A stretch of DNA of 64,000 nucleotides from an uncultured delta proteobacterium (GCA_963847445.1 CAWJZV010000034.1:192001-256000); one strand, 5' to 3'. Positions 10,136-22,557 are shown, numbered from the stretch's first letter. Translations and numbers: made by a program. The notes: a model not told the origin generated them from the letters alone.

Positions 10136-11038
10136 AACGGGACTCGATCTAAAGCCATTACCAGCAAGAGCACCGGTAGATAAACCAAGGAAACAAACAG
10201 CAGCCGCCGCGCGTTGGCCAAGGTCGAGTTCAGCGCCAAGGCGATGCCAGCGGCGATGAAACCGACGCCCAACACAAACGCCGCGGCGAAATAAATCCCG
10301 CCAGCGAGTCCGAGCAGGGTCGGCAATAGACTCACGGCCAACAGCGCGGCGCTATGACTGATGATCTGGCGATTGGTGCTGCCGCCTTCCGGCTCGATCA
10401 CCGGCAGAAACATGATGCCGGCCTTGGCGTAGTCGTCGCGGTAAAGCCGGGCGATCGCCAGGGTATGCGGCACCTGCCAGAGAAACATGATCGCGAACAG
10501 CACCCAGGCATCGACTTCCAACGATGCCGCGCGTCGCCACCCAGCCGATGACCGGCGGCAAGGCTCCGGGCACGGCGCCGACCAGCATGCACAGCGAGCT
10601 ACGCCGTTTCAGCGGCGTGTAAAAGAGCAAATAGCTGATCGTGATGAACGCGGTGACGCAAGCGCTCAACAGATTCACCGTCAGCGCTAGATAGACGAGC
10701 CCCAAAATGGTGACGGCGATACCGAACCATACCGCTTCACGCGGTTGCAACCGGCCATCCGGCAGCGGCCGGCGTTGGGTACGCTGCATGACCGCGTCGG
10801 TATCCCGCTCCATATATTGATTGAGCGCCAGGGTGCCGCCCGCCGCCAGCGCGGTGCCGATCAAGGTTTGCACCAGCACCAGATAGTCGGGCACTTGCTC
10901 CGAGCCGAGGTAGAAACCGACGAAGGTCGTGATCAGCACCATGAGCACGACGCGCGGTTTGGCCAACTCGACAAAATCGGCGGCCCGGCGCAGTGCGCTG
11001 GTGCCGGTCAGAGTCGCGGTGTCGGTGTTCGAGTTCAT
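10132..11038 (-). CDS. ctaB: Protoheme IX farnesyltransferase (heme O synthase), frameshifted
   Basis: KPRV, NQYMERDTDAVMQRTQRRPL, YTPLKR, WQVPH, YRDDY. Confidence 0.9.
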
Positions 11039-11055
11039 ACGTGAATACTGTTCCG

Positions 11056-11990
11056 TCAATACCGGCCGGCCCGTGGCGCTGACTGCCGCGGGTTGCGACA
11101 AGCGAATAGGCCCGCAACGCGATCGTCAGGCTCGTGACCAGCATCAATGCACCGATTATCAAATGGGTCGTCGTGGTCAAGACCAAGACCACGGCCGGCA
11201 GTGGCAACACCGTGGTAAACTTCGCCAGATAGGATAGCCGTGCCGAGCAACAACTGCACGAGCAAGAGCCCGCCAAGCAAGTAGGCCGGTCGCAACCAGC
11301 GCCGATTCCGTGCCATGATGCCTGGTGATCCGGAGCAGGAACAAGATCACATGCACTGCCACCAGCGCGGCGAACAACAGATGGCCATCGAGACGCTCGC
11401 CGGTGTGGCGCAGCAAAGCGCCAAAGACGATTTGCACATAGATCAGCACCGTGGTGATCAGCGCCAGCCGGCGCAGTCGCCCGCCGTCCGTTAGCGGCGT
11501 CGACTGGGGTGAGTTACGCCACTCTGTTGCTGTGAACAGCGCCAGACTCACGGTCAAGGCAAAAAATGCCTGGGCAAAGCAAGCGTGAATAATCGCCAGG
11601 GTGTGTTGCAGCAACACCACCCGCAGGCCGCCGAGGATGCCTTGAAAGATGACCAAAGCCGAGCGCCGCGACGCCGAGCCAGCGCAGCCAGCGGCGCTGC
11701 TCTTTTAGCCATAACGTCAGCGTGAGCGCGATGGTCAGTAGTCCGACGCAGGAAGCGACCAGCCGATGGCTATGTTCGTAAAAGATCCCACCGATCATCT
11801 TCGACCAGGGGTAGAGAAACATGTTGTAGCCGAAGGTCGTCGGCCAGTCGGGGACGGCCAGTCCGGCGCCTAAACTGGTGACCAAACCGCCGATAAATAG
11901 CAACGGAAACGTCGCGCAGGCCAGGATCACCGCAAGGCGATGCGGCCAGGGTGAAAATGACGAAGGATGGCGGGCAGTCTCTGCCGCCAT
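11056..11990 (-). CDS. ctaA: Heme A synthase COX15/CtaA family (frameshifted)
   Basis: GGLVTS.GAGLAVPDWP, EHSHR, QGILGGLRV...H. Confidence 0.85.
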
Positions 11991-12027
11991 CCTTCGTGGA
12001 TTCCAGGTTCATCGTTCCGACTTTCGC

Positions 12028-13798
12028 TTAGTGCGCCCGCGCCGCGGCTCTGCTGCCGATGTTCTTGTCCTGCGGCAGCCAGTCTTCCTTCACTTCCGGC
12101 GAGCTGTATTCGTAGGCACCGCGATAGACCGTCGGGATGACTTCGAAGTTGCCATGGGGCGGCGGCGTCGGCGCCGACCACTCCAGGGTGTTGGCCTGCC
12201 AGGGATTGCGTTCGGCCTTCTTGCCGGCGAACAGACTCCAGAAGAAATTAAACAAGAAAGAATATCTGCGACGCGCCGAGAATCAAGCGCGCTCCAGGTG
12301 ATGAAAACGTTCCAGTCCTGCATCGGCGGTCAGGAATTCATACTGCAGTCGGGTTGTAGATGCGCCGCATATGGCCGCCGACGCCCAAGAAAGTGCATCG
12401 GAAAAAACGCGCCGTTGAAGAAAATATAGGTGAGGACAAAATGAATCTTGCCCAACGGTCTGGTTCATTTGCCGGTCAAACATTTTCGGGAACCAGTAAT
12501 AAACCGCCGGCGAACAGCGCGAAGATGATGCCGGCGACGACGTAGTGAAAGTGGGCGACGATGAAGTAGGTATCGTGGATGAAGATATCGACCGGCGTCG
12601 ACGCCATGAAGATGCCGCTCAAACCGCCGATCAAGAAGTTCGAGACGAATCCCAAAGCGAACAGCATCGGCACGGTCAGGCGAATCGAACCGCCCCACAG
12701 CGTGCCGAGCCAGTTAAATACTTTGATCGCCGAGGGCACCGCGATGACCATCGTCGTCATCATGAAGGCGGTGCCGAGCAGCGGATTCATGCCGCTGACG
12801 AACATATGATGGCCCCAGACGATCCACGACAGAAACGCGATGGCGATCATCGAAAAGGCCATGGCGTGGTAGCCGAAGATCGGTTTGCGCGAGAAAGTCG
12901 ACAGTAAATCGGAGGTGATGCCCATGGCCGGCAGCACCAGAATGTAAACCTCCGGATGGCCGAAGAACCAGAACATATGCTGCCAGAGCAGCGGCTCGCC
13001 GCCGCCTTCCGGCAGGAAAAAACTCGTGCCCGCCATGCGGTCGAAGAGCAACATCGCCAAGCGCCGCGGTCAACACCGGCAGCGCCAGCAGCAACAAGAA
13101 TCGCGGTGATGAACAGCGACCAGACCGTCAGCGGCATGCGGAAATAGCCCATGCCCGGCGCGCGCATGTTGACGATCGTGGTGATGTAGTTGATCGAGCC
13201 CATCAACGACGAAACGCCGATGACCATCAAGGCGATGATCCACAGATGCTGGCCCCACTCGACGCCGGTGTACTGCGCCTTGGCGGAGAGCGTCGCGTAA
13301 CCGGTCCAACCGCCCGCCGCCGGGCCGCCGGGGACGAAGAAACTTGACAGCATGATCACACCGGAAACCGCACCGACCCAAAACGACAGCATGTTGAGCT
13401 TCGGGAAAGCCATGTCGCCGGCGCCGATCATCAGCGGAATGAGAAAATTGCCGAAGGTGCCGACCATGATCGGCATGACCACGAAGAAGATCATGATCGT
13501 CGCGTGCATGGTGAACAGCGCGTTATAGGTCTGCGGCGGAATGATGCCGCCGCCGTTGGGACCGGGATAAATATAAGGTTCGGAGATGAAGCCTAAGCCC
13601 CGGCACCGGGGTTTCCGGCCAGGCCAGCTGCCAGCGCACCAGCATGGCGAGAATGCCGCCGATCATGAGCATCAGCAGGCCCACGAACAGGAATTGCCGG
13701 CCGATCATCTTGTGATCGAGCGAGAAAATATAATGGCTGATAAAACTCGGCTTTGGGTGGTGTCCATGCGCTCCATGCGCCACTGCTGACTCGCTCAT
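12028..13798 (-). CDS. ctaD: Cytochrome c oxidase subunit I, A1 type (several frameshifts)
   Basis: [49 protein letters not shown]. Confidence 0.95.
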
Positions 13799-13844
13799 CG
13801 GTTAAAAACCTCCGTAGTGATGCTCGGTTAAATCGGAACTAAGA

Positions 13845-14516
13845 CTGGCTACTGCGGCTTGGGCGCTAACTTTTCCGCCGCCCATTTTTGATAGTCTTCC
13901 GGGGTGTAAACGTTGAGCCACCCCTTCATGCCGGAATGGCCAAAGCCGCAGAGCTCGGCGCAAGGCAGCTCGTATCTTGCCGGGCTTCTTGGCTTCGAAC
14001 CAGGTCAGAATCGTGCGGCCGGGCACGGCGTCTTGTTTGAAACGCAGGTTAGGAATGAAAAAACTGTGGATGACATCGCTCGACGTCAGATGAACGCGAA
14101 CGACTTTGTTCACCGGCACATGCAGGTCGTTGTCGAACTTGACGTCGTCGTCGGTGCCGAATTTGCCGTCGGCGCCGGGATAAACCACGTCCCAGTTGAA
14201 CTGCTTGGCGGTGACCTGAATTTCAAAATCGCTGGCCGGAATATTGCGTTTGATCTTGGCCCAGGTGTTGACGCTCATGAACGACAAGCACGATCAATAT
14301 CGCCGCGGGAATCATCGTCCAGATTATCTCCAGCGTAGTATTGCCGTGATTATAGACCGCCCGCCGTCCCGGCTGCTCGCGGTACTTGATCAAGAACCAA
14401 ATCATCAAGACAGTGACGAGCACGAATGTCGCCGCCGTGATGTAATAAATCAGATAAAATAACGAATCGATCTCATGACCATAGGTAGAGACATCTTCCG
14501 GCAACCAACGCAACAT
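13845..14516 (-). CDS. ctaC: Cytochrome c oxidase subunit II, CuA (frameshifted)
   Basis: LEIIWT, DVIHSF, DAVPG; CAELCGFGHSGM in a shifted frame. End coordinate approximate. Confidence 0.9.
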
Positions 14517-14614
14517 TTATCCAACCATCCTTATATTTTGTGGAAGTTGTAAGAAAAAAACTAGGTTCTTGCTAACATAGCGATACTGCCATTTCAAGAA
14601 GAAACGCCCGAGAT

Positions 14615-15166
14615 TTGCAATGGTTTGGCGCCGATGATACTGACAATGCAGCGCTTCTCGACACTTCCAGCATGACTACTTGGCATACCGTGAGTTTGCT
14701 TTTGCATCTGGTCGCCTTCGCGATGTGGATCGGCGCCATGGTGTTTTTTCTCATCGTCATGGGACCGGCGGTGCAGGAACTCGAACCGAGTATCGCGATT
14801 CGCACCATGAACCGTGGCCGTATCGGTCTGGAATCGATCTCCTGGATCGCCATTGGGTTGCTCTTCGCCACCGGTGTCGCCAACCTGGCGCTGCGTCAAC
14901 CTACCAGCGCCGCGCCGGGCACGGCGTACATGATCATGCTCAGCGCCAAGCTTTTCATCTTCGTCGCCATGACGGTGCACCATTGTCTCCAGGTCTTCAA
15001 ATACGCCCCGCGCATCGCTCAACAAACCGCGGCGATAAATCTCGCTGCGACGGTCTGGCCCGAAACATTGCTCGGCGACTGGCGCCGCTGGTTCATGCTG
15101 CTCAAACTCAACGCCGGCCTCGGCCCGGTGGCGGTGCTGCTCGGCTTGGCCTTAGTTAAAGCCTAA
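14615..15166 (+). CDS. CopD/DUF4149-like membrane protein
   Basis: LLLHLVAFAMWIGAMVFF; about 4 TM helices; divergent from the cox operon. Confidence 0.65.
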   Translation: MQWFGADDTDNAALLDTSSMTTWHTVSLLLHLVAFAMWIGAMVFFLIVMGPAVQELEPSIAIRTMNRGRIGLESISWIAIGLLFATGVANLALRQPTSAAPGTAYMIMLSAKLFIFVAMTVHHCLQVFKYAPRIAQQTAAINLAATVWPETLLGDWRRWFMLLKLNAGLGPVAVLLGLALVKA

Positions 15167-15213
15167 AGGCCGTCATGCTAATCCTCTTTTAAAAGTCCGG
15201 CAAAATTGGACCA

Positions 15214-16416
15214 GTGCTGATGGCGAGCTCTAGCTGGACAAACCGCATCAAGGCAACCCTGGTGGGTGTCGGGATCGGGCTAGCCGTTCTGATGAGCGGC
15301 AACTGGTGGAATATTTACACTCATCATGTGCCCAAATGCCCCAGCGAGAAAAACTGTGTGGCGGATTTCGTCACCTTCTACGCTGCCGCGCAAATGATCT
15401 GGGACGATCGTCAAGCGCTTTACGATCTCGATCACCAGCAAACTTATCAAAACCGCATCGCCCCGGTGGAAAAGGTTTTACCCTTCGTTTACCCGCCGAT
15501 TACCGCGGCGTTCCTCGCGCCGTTGGCTTGGTTCCGTTTCTCGACCGCGTTTTTGCTCCTGACGATAGTCAACTTACTGCTGATTGGCCAGAGTTTACGG
15601 CTGCTCATGCGTTATTTGCATTTGTCCACCGACCAAGCGCATTGGTTAATGTTATTCACACTGTGCAATTTTGCCGTGCACGGCGTGGTATTTTACGGCC
15701 AAACCTCGGCGATTGTGCTGTTTTTCCTGACCCTTCATGTACTCGCCCAGAGACAAGCGGAGCGCGCCGTGGCGGGAGTTTGGGCTGGTCTGCTGTGCGT
15801 CAAACCGCAATATTTAGCGGTGCCTCATTTGATTCTGCTGGTGCGCCGCCGCTGGCGCGAGTTTGTCGTCGGCGCCGCCATCGGCAGCCTGCTGATTATC
15901 GGCATGTTTCTGTGGATCGGCTCCGATGCCTCGGCGCAGTATTTTCAACTCGCACGCCGGATGGTGAGCGCCGACAGCGACTGGTGGAATCAATGGCGTG
16001 GCATGCACAACCTGCGGGTGTTGGTGATTTATGGCTTGCCGAAGGTTGGCACGCCGTGCGCTTGGTGGCTCTTGAGCGCCGTCGTCGTCGCCATTTTAGC
16101 TTGGGTCAATTGGCCGGCGGCAAAGCATACCGAGAATCACGCGAGCCGCTGGATCGTCAATTGTCTTGGCCTGCTGATTGTGCTGCCGCATCTGTTCACT
16201 CACGATCTCACCCTGCTGATCGTTCCCTGTGCGCTGCTGCTCAGCAAGGTCAAAGCGCAAGTGCCGCTCGCCATCGGAATCGGTTTGGTGATCCTGGCGA
16301 TTCTCCCCGCGCTGAACTCCCTGGTGCCAGCGATCATGGCCATCGCTCTGGTGATGCTATTCGCCGGCAGCCTGTTTTTCTGCTTACGAGAGCGATCGGC
16401 TCGTTGGCAACGTTAA
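15214..16416 (+). CDS. GT87/DUF2029 membrane glycosyltransferase (GT-C)
   Basis: DFVTFY, PFVYPP, GQTS, KPQY, HD motifs. Confidence 0.85.
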   Translation: MLMASSSWTNRIKATLVGVGIGLAVLMSGNWWNIYTHHVPKCPSEKNCVADFVTFYAAAQMIWDDRQALYDLDHQQTYQNRIAPVEKVLPFVYPPITAAFLAPLAWFRFSTAFLLLTIVNLLLIGQSLRLLMRYLHLSTDQAHWLMLFTLCNFAVHGVVFYGQTSAIVLFFLTLHVLAQRQAERAVAGVWAGLLCVKPQYLAVPHLILLVRRRWREFVVGAAIGSLLIIGMFLWIGSDASAQYFQLARRMVSADSDWWNQWRGMHNLRVLVIYGLPKVGTPCAWWLLSAVVVAILAWVNWPAAKHTENHASRWIVNCLGLLIVLPHLFTHDLTLLIVPCALLLSKVKAQVPLAIGIGLVILAILPALNSLVPAIMAIALVMLFAGSLFFCLRERSARWQR

Positions 16417-16425
16417 GTAGCGCCC

Positions 16426-17407
16426 CTAACCCTTCGGATAAAGCGACTTGATAAAGCCGCTATCGTCTAACTGCTTGACGAAGCGCATGTCCATGAACGT
16501 CTCCGGCGCGAAGTTTTTCGCTTTCGGTTCGCGTATGGCGACTTGGTCGAGAACGAAACGCAGACCGCCCACCGTCGGATAAGGCACGCGTTGCAGCTTC
16601 GGCGCGTAGAAATCGACGGTGGACGCCAGAATCGCCGGATCTTTGATGCCGGTGTATTTGCTCGTCACCTTCATCGCCAGCTCGCGGTTGTTTTTGTAAA
16701 TCGCGATCGCCTCCGTGTAAGCGCGCACAAAGCGCTGCACCGTGTCCAGGTTGTCTTTAATGTAGGACTTCTTGGCGACGATGCCGACGAAGGGAAATTC
16801 CAGGCCGAGCGCCGCGAGATCGGCGAGCTCTTTGAATCCGATGCGCTTGCCGTGATCGGTGAACGGATCGGCGAGAGCGCCGGCGGCGATACGGCCCGAT
16901 TGAATGCTGTTAAAAATTCCTGGGTAATCTTCCAACTGGACCAGCGCGACATCCTTTTCCGGTTGCAGTCCGGCTTTGCGGATCGCGAAGCGCGCCGAGA
17001 TATCGGTATTCGAACCGTAGCGGGTGACGCCGACCGCCTTGCCTTTGAGATCTTCCATTTTCGCAACCGTGCCCATGATCACGATCGGTGTGGTATTGAG
17101 CGCGACGGCGACGAAGGTGACGTCCATCCCGGCAACGCCGGCCGCAAGCATCGCCGGCCCGCCCATCTGCGCGAGTTGAATTTCCCCCGACACCAGAGTC
17201 TGCGCCATCGTCGAGCCGCTGCGGATGTAAGCGACTTCGGCTTTGATGCCGTTCTTATCGAACAGTCCCGCCTCGCGCGCGATCCACAGCACCGCATGGG
17301 GACCGGAAGTAGCGGCATAGCCCGTCATCACCCGCACCGGCGTCTGCGCCGACGCCATTTCGCTGGCGCCGAGCAATAGCCAACAACGCAACAATCGTTC
17401 GAATCAT
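16426..17407 (-). CDS. ABC substrate-binding protein (NMT1/SsuA-like)
   Basis: WIAREAGLFDKNG, DLKGKAVGVTRYGS. Confidence 0.85.
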
Positions 17408-17506
17408 TTGTCCTCCACTAACTTGATTCCAAGGTCGGTTCGGAAGTATAGGGATAAGCGGAATGCAAGGTCAACTATCGGCATATTCATTTCTAAGGAG
17501 CAGTCC

Positions 17507-18490
17507 ATGGCCATTGTTCGTCAAATTATTCGGCTAAGTGTTTTCGCACTTATGTTCAGTCAAACAACGACGGTTGGCGCCGCCAACATCAACGTCGTCT
17601 GGACCAGTGAGGTCGGCCAATTCGCACCGCTCTGGGTGACCAAGGAAGCGAAGTTTTTTGAAAAATACGGCAACAACGTTGAGTTGATTTTTATCCAAGG
17701 CGCAACTTTGGCCGCCGCGGCTTTGACATCGGGCGACGCTCAAGTCGGCATGTTCTCACCCCAGGTGGTGATTTCAAACGCTGGGATTGGAGCTGGTCAT
17801 GTTCGGCCGCCTGGGCAATACCATGGACAATCGCATTTATGCCAGGAAAGGCATCAAAAGTATCAAGGAAGTAAAGCGCATCGCCATCAGCCGCTTTGGC
17901 AGCAACGCCGATTTCGCCGCCCGCTTCCTGCTCCAGCGTGAGGGACTCCGGCCGGACATCGATGTCGCGCTCCTGCAGGTCGGCAATCAAGTGAACCGCA
18001 TCGCCGCAGTCGAGACCAATAACGCGGACGCCGCCATGCTCACGCCGCCGATGACGCTGCAAGCACGCAAACTTGGAATGACATTGCTGCTCGATGCGTC
18101 AAAATTGAATATTCCCTATTCCAGCTTGATGTTCGTGTCGCGCAGACCGTACCTGTCAAAAATGCGGGCGGAACTGGTCAACTTCACCAAGGCGATGATC
18201 GAAGGTGTGGCGCTGTACAAGTCAAATAAAGAATTCGCCATGAAAGTCTTGTCAAAATATATGAAAGTGCAAGACCGCGAGATCCTCGAAGAGAACTTCC
18301 GCGAATACGATTTTCCTCTTAAGCCCTACCCGTCGAAAGAATATTTCGACCTGCCGCTCCAGGAAGTCGGCAAGAAAGACCCCAAGGTACTCAAAGAAAA
18401 TCCCGAGCGTTTCACCGATTTGTCCCTGGTGAAGGAATCGAGAGCAGCGGCTTCATCGATAAAATTTCCCAAGAATACCGCGTGAAGTGA
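17507..18490 (+). CDS. ABC substrate-binding protein (NMT1/SsuA-like), frameshifted
   Basis: PLWVTKEAKFFEKYG; IAISRFGSNAD. Confidence 0.8.
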
Positions 18491-18548
18491 CACGACCTCT
18501 GATTTAAGATCAGAGGTCGTGTCATCCCGAGCGAAAGCGAGGGATCTC
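18488..18548 (+). repeat. 16-bp hairpin fused to a partial palindromic repeat unit
   Basis: TGACACGACCTCTGAT/ATCAGAGGTCGTGTCA, then GTCATCCCGAGCGAAAGCGAGGGATCT. Confidence 0.65.
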
Positions 18549-18591
18549 GTCCAAAAAGATCTGAATGATCAACATTTAAGGAGGACAATCC

Positions 18592-19687
18592 ATGGCAAGC
18601 GTAAGAGGCGCAACACTACTAGGGCCGGATAAATTGGAACTGCGCGAATATCCCATGCCGGATATTCCCGCGGACGGCGGCTTGACTTAAAATTGAAATG
18701 GGCGGCGTATGCGGCACCGATGTTAAATATCTCCACGGCAAGCTCAAGGTCGACTATCCGATCATTCTCGGCCATGAAATTCTTGGCCGGGTCGAGAAGC
18801 TCGGCAAGAACGCCGCGGCGATTCACCATGTCAAAGAAGGCGACCGGGTTATTCTCAAAGGCGCGCTCGGCTGCGGCCGCTGCGCCGACTGCCGGCGCAA
18901 TAATCAACGATTCTGCCGCCAACGCACCAACTACGGCGGCCGCACCAAATGCGACCTGCCGCCGCATCTGTTCGGCGGCTTTGCCGATTATCTCTACTTG
19001 GCACCCGATGTTCTTTGCACCAAAGTGAGCGAGTCGCTGTCTGCTGAAGCGGCGGCGCTGGTCGGCTCGGTGATGGCCAACGGTTTTCAATGGGCGATCC
19101 GCCGCGGCGGCGTCAAGATGGGTGACTTTGTGCTCATCCAGGGACCGGGACAGCAAGGATTGTCGTGCACCTTCGCCTCCAAGCATGCCGGCGCGGCGAA
19201 AATCTTCGTCACCGGCATCGGCCGCGACAAGCCGAGGTTGGAATTGGCGAAAAAATTCGGCGCCACCCGCACGATCAATGTCGAGGAAGAAGATGTCGTC
19301 GAAGTGATCCGCAAGGAAACCAACGGTGAGTTGTGCGACGTCGTCATCGACGTGTCAGGCAATCCCAACGCGATCTTGAAATCGGTGGACTGTCTGCACC
19401 GCCAATCGACCATGGTGCTGGGCGGCTTGACCGGCGACACCACGGTGACGCCGATGTTGATGGACAAGCTGGTGTGGAACGAGATCAAACTGCAAGGCTG
19501 CTTCACCGCCGACAACGACGCCACCGAAGCCGCGTTGCGCATCATTGAGGAAACCAAGTTTCCGGTCGAACAGATGGTCAGCCATGTCTTTCCCTTGAAA
19601 GACATCGAACACTGCATCCGCTCCATCGGCGGCGAGGTGCCGGGCACCTTCCCGACCAAGGCGTTGATCAATCCGGCGATCGGGTAG
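18592..19687 (+). CDS. Zinc-dependent alcohol dehydrogenase (MDR), frameshifted at the N-terminus
   Basis: GVCGTD, LGHE, CGRCADC..C, GPGQQG. Confidence 0.9.
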
Positions 19688-19712
19688 GCGATAGGCGACG
19701 GCGCGGTCCGTG

Positions 19713-19740
19713 GTAGGGGCGATTCATGAATCGCCCTTGC
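19713..19740. repeat. GTAG-type REP palindrome
   Basis: GTAG-GGGCGATTCA-TGAATCGCCC-T. Confidence 0.75.
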
Positions 19741-19755
19741 ATTAAATCAATCGGA

Positions 19756-20514
19756 ATGATCGAAGGCCTCACAGATAAAGTCGTCATCGTTACCGGCGGC
19801 GCCCATGGCATCGGCAAAGCTTACTGCAAAGGCTTCGCCGGTGCCGGCGCCTGCGTCGTCATCGCTGACATAGACCTGCCAAGCGCGGCAGCGGCAGCCA
19901 ATGAAATCGGCGGACAGGCGTTGCCAATTCAGGTCGACGTGTCGAACGAAGACGCCACCAAGAAAATGGCGGCGCAGGCCCTCGATAGCTTCGGCCGCAT
20001 CGACGTTCTCATCAACAACGCCGCGGTATTTTCCGTGGTGCCGATGAACCGGGGCCGGATTGAAACCATCGATCCGGCGGAATGGGATAAGCTGATGGCG
20101 GTGAATCTGCGCGGGCTGTTTTTCTGCTGCCGCGCCGTGCTGCCGGCCATGCGCGCGCAGAAGTCCGGCAAGATTATCAACATCGCATCGGGCACCGTCT
20201 TCGCCGGCAGCCCAGGGCGGATTCATTACGTTACGTCGAAGACCGCCACCATCGGTTTTACCCGCACGCTGGCGCGCGAAGTCGGCGGCGACAATATCAA
20301 CGTCAACTGTCTGGCCCCCGGCAACACGCTGTCGGAAGAGAATCCCAGCGCGGAAACCATTCGCCTGCGCGAGTCCTCCGCCGGTCTGCGCGCGCTCAAG
20401 CGTGTCCAAGTGCCGCAAGACGTGGTTGGCGCCATGCTGTTCCTGGCATCGCCGCTGAGCGATTTCATGACCGGCCAGACGGTGAATGTGGATGGCGGTA
20501 TTTCGTTTCTATGA
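19756..20514 (+). CDS. SDR oxidoreductase
   Basis: TGGAHGIG, NNAA, YVTSK, VDGG. Confidence 0.9.
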   Translation: MIEGLTDKVVIVTGGAHGIGKAYCKGFAGAGACVVIADIDLPSAAAAANEIGGQALPIQVDVSNEDATKKMAAQALDSFGRIDVLINNAAVFSVVPMNRGRIETIDPAEWDKLMAVNLRGLFFCCRAVLPAMRAQKSGKIINIASGTVFAGSPGRIHYVTSKTATIGFTRTLAREVGGDNINVNCLAPGNTLSEENPSAETIRLRESSAGLRALKRVQVPQDVVGAMLFLASPLSDFMTGQTVNVDGGISFL

Positions 20515-20524
20515 TGTCACCACG

Positions 20525-20563
20525 ATTGGAACCACGTTGGAACGACTGGAACGATTTGGAACG
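20525..20563 (+). repeat. Degenerate ~9-10-nt tandem repeat ((T)TGGAACGA)
   Basis: TTGGAACCACG-TTGGAACGAC-TGGAACGAT-TTGGAACGG. Confidence 0.6.
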
Positions 20564-20572
20564 GAGAGTTTT

Positions 20573-21613
20573 ATGAGCACTAGTTATCCGATCATCGACG
20601 CCGACGGTCACGTGTTGGAAAAAGACCGCGAGCTGCACGATTACCTCGGCGGCCGTTACAGCAGCGCGCCGCGCTTTGAAACCTACGCTTACTTTCCATC
20701 CCTCGACGGTTGGAACCGCGGCACCGGAGTGCCCGGCAAGGATCCGGAAACTCCCGCGCCGCGCTGGTTGCAATTTCTCGACGAGCTGGGCGTTCATACG
20801 ACCGTGCTCTATCCGACCGGCGGACTCGGTTTGGGGTTGGTGCAGAATCCCGAATGGGCCTGTGTGCTGGCGCGCGCCTACAATTCCTGGCTCGCCGATC
20901 GCTTCGTCAAGCAAAGTCCCCGTCTCAAAGGCGTGGCGCTCCTGCCGGTGCATGAACCGCTCGAAGCGGCGAAAGAACTGGAGCGCGCCAAATCCTTGGG
21001 CCATGTCGCCGGATTACTGCCGGCGGTGACCTGGCTGCATAAAGGCTACGGTCACAGCGACTTCGATCCGATTTATCAAGCGGCCGAGCGGCTCGACATG
21101 CCGCTGACCATCCACGGCGCGCCGAGCCGCGGCATGGGTTTCGATTTTTTCAATAAATTTTTGCACGTCCATACCCTCGAACATCCGTTCGCGATCTTGA
21201 CCCAGTTCACCCACATGGTTTTCGAGGGCGTGTTCGTGCGCTATCCCAAATTGCGCGTGGCCTTTCTCGAAGCCGGCTGCGGCTGGCTGCCGTACATGAT
21301 GGATCGCATGGACGAGGAAATGGAAAAGCCCTACCGCGTGCAAGCGCCGCTGTTGAAGCAAAAGCCCAGCGAGCTGATCCGCAACGGCCAGATCTGGACC
21401 ACCTGCGAAGTGGAAGAAAAGGCGTTGCCCTTCGTGATCCAGCAATTCAATGCGAAATGCCTGATGTGGCCGTCGGACTATCCGCACGAGCGGCTGCCCG
21501 ATATGTTCAAACGCGACATCCCGGAATTTCTCGAGCGCGACGACATCAGCGACGAGAGCAAGAAAGCGATCCTGCACGACAACCCGGTAGATTTTTACCG
21601 GCTAAAGATTTGA
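20573..21613 (+). CDS. Amidohydrolase-2 family (decarboxylase/hydratase-like)
   Basis: IDADGH, AYNSWLA, IH, FLEAGCGW, SDYPH. Confidence 0.9.
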   Translation: MSTSYPIIDADGHVLEKDRELHDYLGGRYSSAPRFETYAYFPSLDGWNRGTGVPGKDPETPAPRWLQFLDELGVHTTVLYPTGGLGLGLVQNPEWACVLARAYNSWLADRFVKQSPRLKGVALLPVHEPLEAAKELERAKSLGHVAGLLPAVTWLHKGYGHSDFDPIYQAAERLDMPLTIHGAPSRGMGFDFFNKFLHVHTLEHPFAILTQFTHMVFEGVFVRYPKLRVAFLEAGCGWLPYMMDRMDEEMEKPYRVQAPLLKQKPSELIRNGQIWTTCEVEEKALPFVIQQFNAKCLMWPSDYPHERLPDMFKRDIPEFLERDDISDESKKAILHDNPVDFYRLKI

Positions 21614-21628
21614 AGAGGGAAGATTATC

Positions 21629-21768
21629 TCCCGCAAAGGCGCAAAGACGCAAAGAATCACGGCATGTCATTTCGACCGAAGGGACAAATCTTTCTTAGAT
21701 CCCTCACCTGCGTTCGGGATGTCGGGCCACTGCCCGTCACTTGGCGTCTTTGCGCCTTTGCGGGAAAA
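21629..21768 (+). repeat. ~140-nt composite palindromic element, copy A
   Basis: Outer IR CCCGCAAAGGCGCAAAGACGC/GCGTCTTTGCGCCTTTGCGGG enclosing a GTCATTTCGACCGAAGGG..AGATCCCTC..CGGGATG core. Confidence 0.8.
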
Positions 21769-21798
21769 TGTTCTTATTGAATTCTAAGGAGGCACACC

Positions 21799-22557
21799 AT
21801 GCGTTTGAAAGATAAAGTAGCCATCGTCACCGGCGGCGGGGTGGGAATTGGCAAAGCTTACGCCCACGGTTTGGCAAAAGAAGGCGCGAAAGTTGTCGTC
21901 GCCGATATTCAAGACGTCGAAGCGCAAAAGGTTGCCGCCGACATCACAGCAGCGGGTGGCGAAGCCATCGCCGTGGCCGTCGACGTGACCTCGGCGGAGA
22001 AAACCCAGGCGATGGCCGCGGCAGCGTTGAAAACCTACGGCCGCATCGACATCCTGGTCAACAACGCCGGTCTCTACTCGGCGTTAAAGAAAAAAGCGTT
22101 CATGGAAATCGACACCGACGAATGGGACCGGGTCATGGCGGTCAACGTCAAGGGACTTTTTCTCTGTGTGAAAGCCGTCTACCCGGCGATGAAGCAGCAG
22201 CAAAAAGGCAAGATCATCAATATCTCATCGGGCACGACCCAGACCGGCACGCCGTTTTTCCTGCATTATGTGTCCTCGAAAGCCGGCGTCCTCGGCTTCA
22301 CCCGAGCGCTGGCGCGGGAAGTCGGCGGCGACAATATCTGCGTCAACTCGATCATGCCCGGCCTGACCATCTCCAGCCCAAACCAGGAAGGCGTCACCAG
22401 CCCCGAGCAACTGGCTGACCGCAGAAAACGCCGCGCCCTCCAGCGCGATCAATATCCGGCGGATCTGGTCGGCACGGTGATCTTTCTCGCCTCCGACGAC
22501 AGCGACTTCATGACCGGCCAGTCCATCGGCGTCGACGGCGGCATGAATATGCACTGA
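21799..22557 (+). CDS. SDR oxidoreductase (paralog of 19756-20514)
   Basis: TGGGVGIG, NNAG, YVSSK, VDGG. Confidence 0.9.
   Translation: MRLKDKVAIVTGGGVGIGKAYAHGLAKEGAKVVVADIQDVEAQKVAADITAAGGEAIAVAVDVTSAEKTQAMAAAALKTYGRIDILVNNAGLYSALKKKAFMEIDTDEWDRVMAVNVKGLFLCVKAVYPAMKQQQKGKIINISSGTTQTGTPFFLHYVSSKAGVLGFTRALAREVGGDNICVNSIMPGLTISSPNQEGVTSPEQLADRRKRRALQRDQYPADLVGTVIFLASDDSDFMTGQSIGVDGGMNMH

Noticed and set aside
20525-20563. CRISPR array
   Set aside because: Units are ~9-10 nt with no spacers; no cas genes or 25-40-nt regularly spaced repeats were seen in the window.
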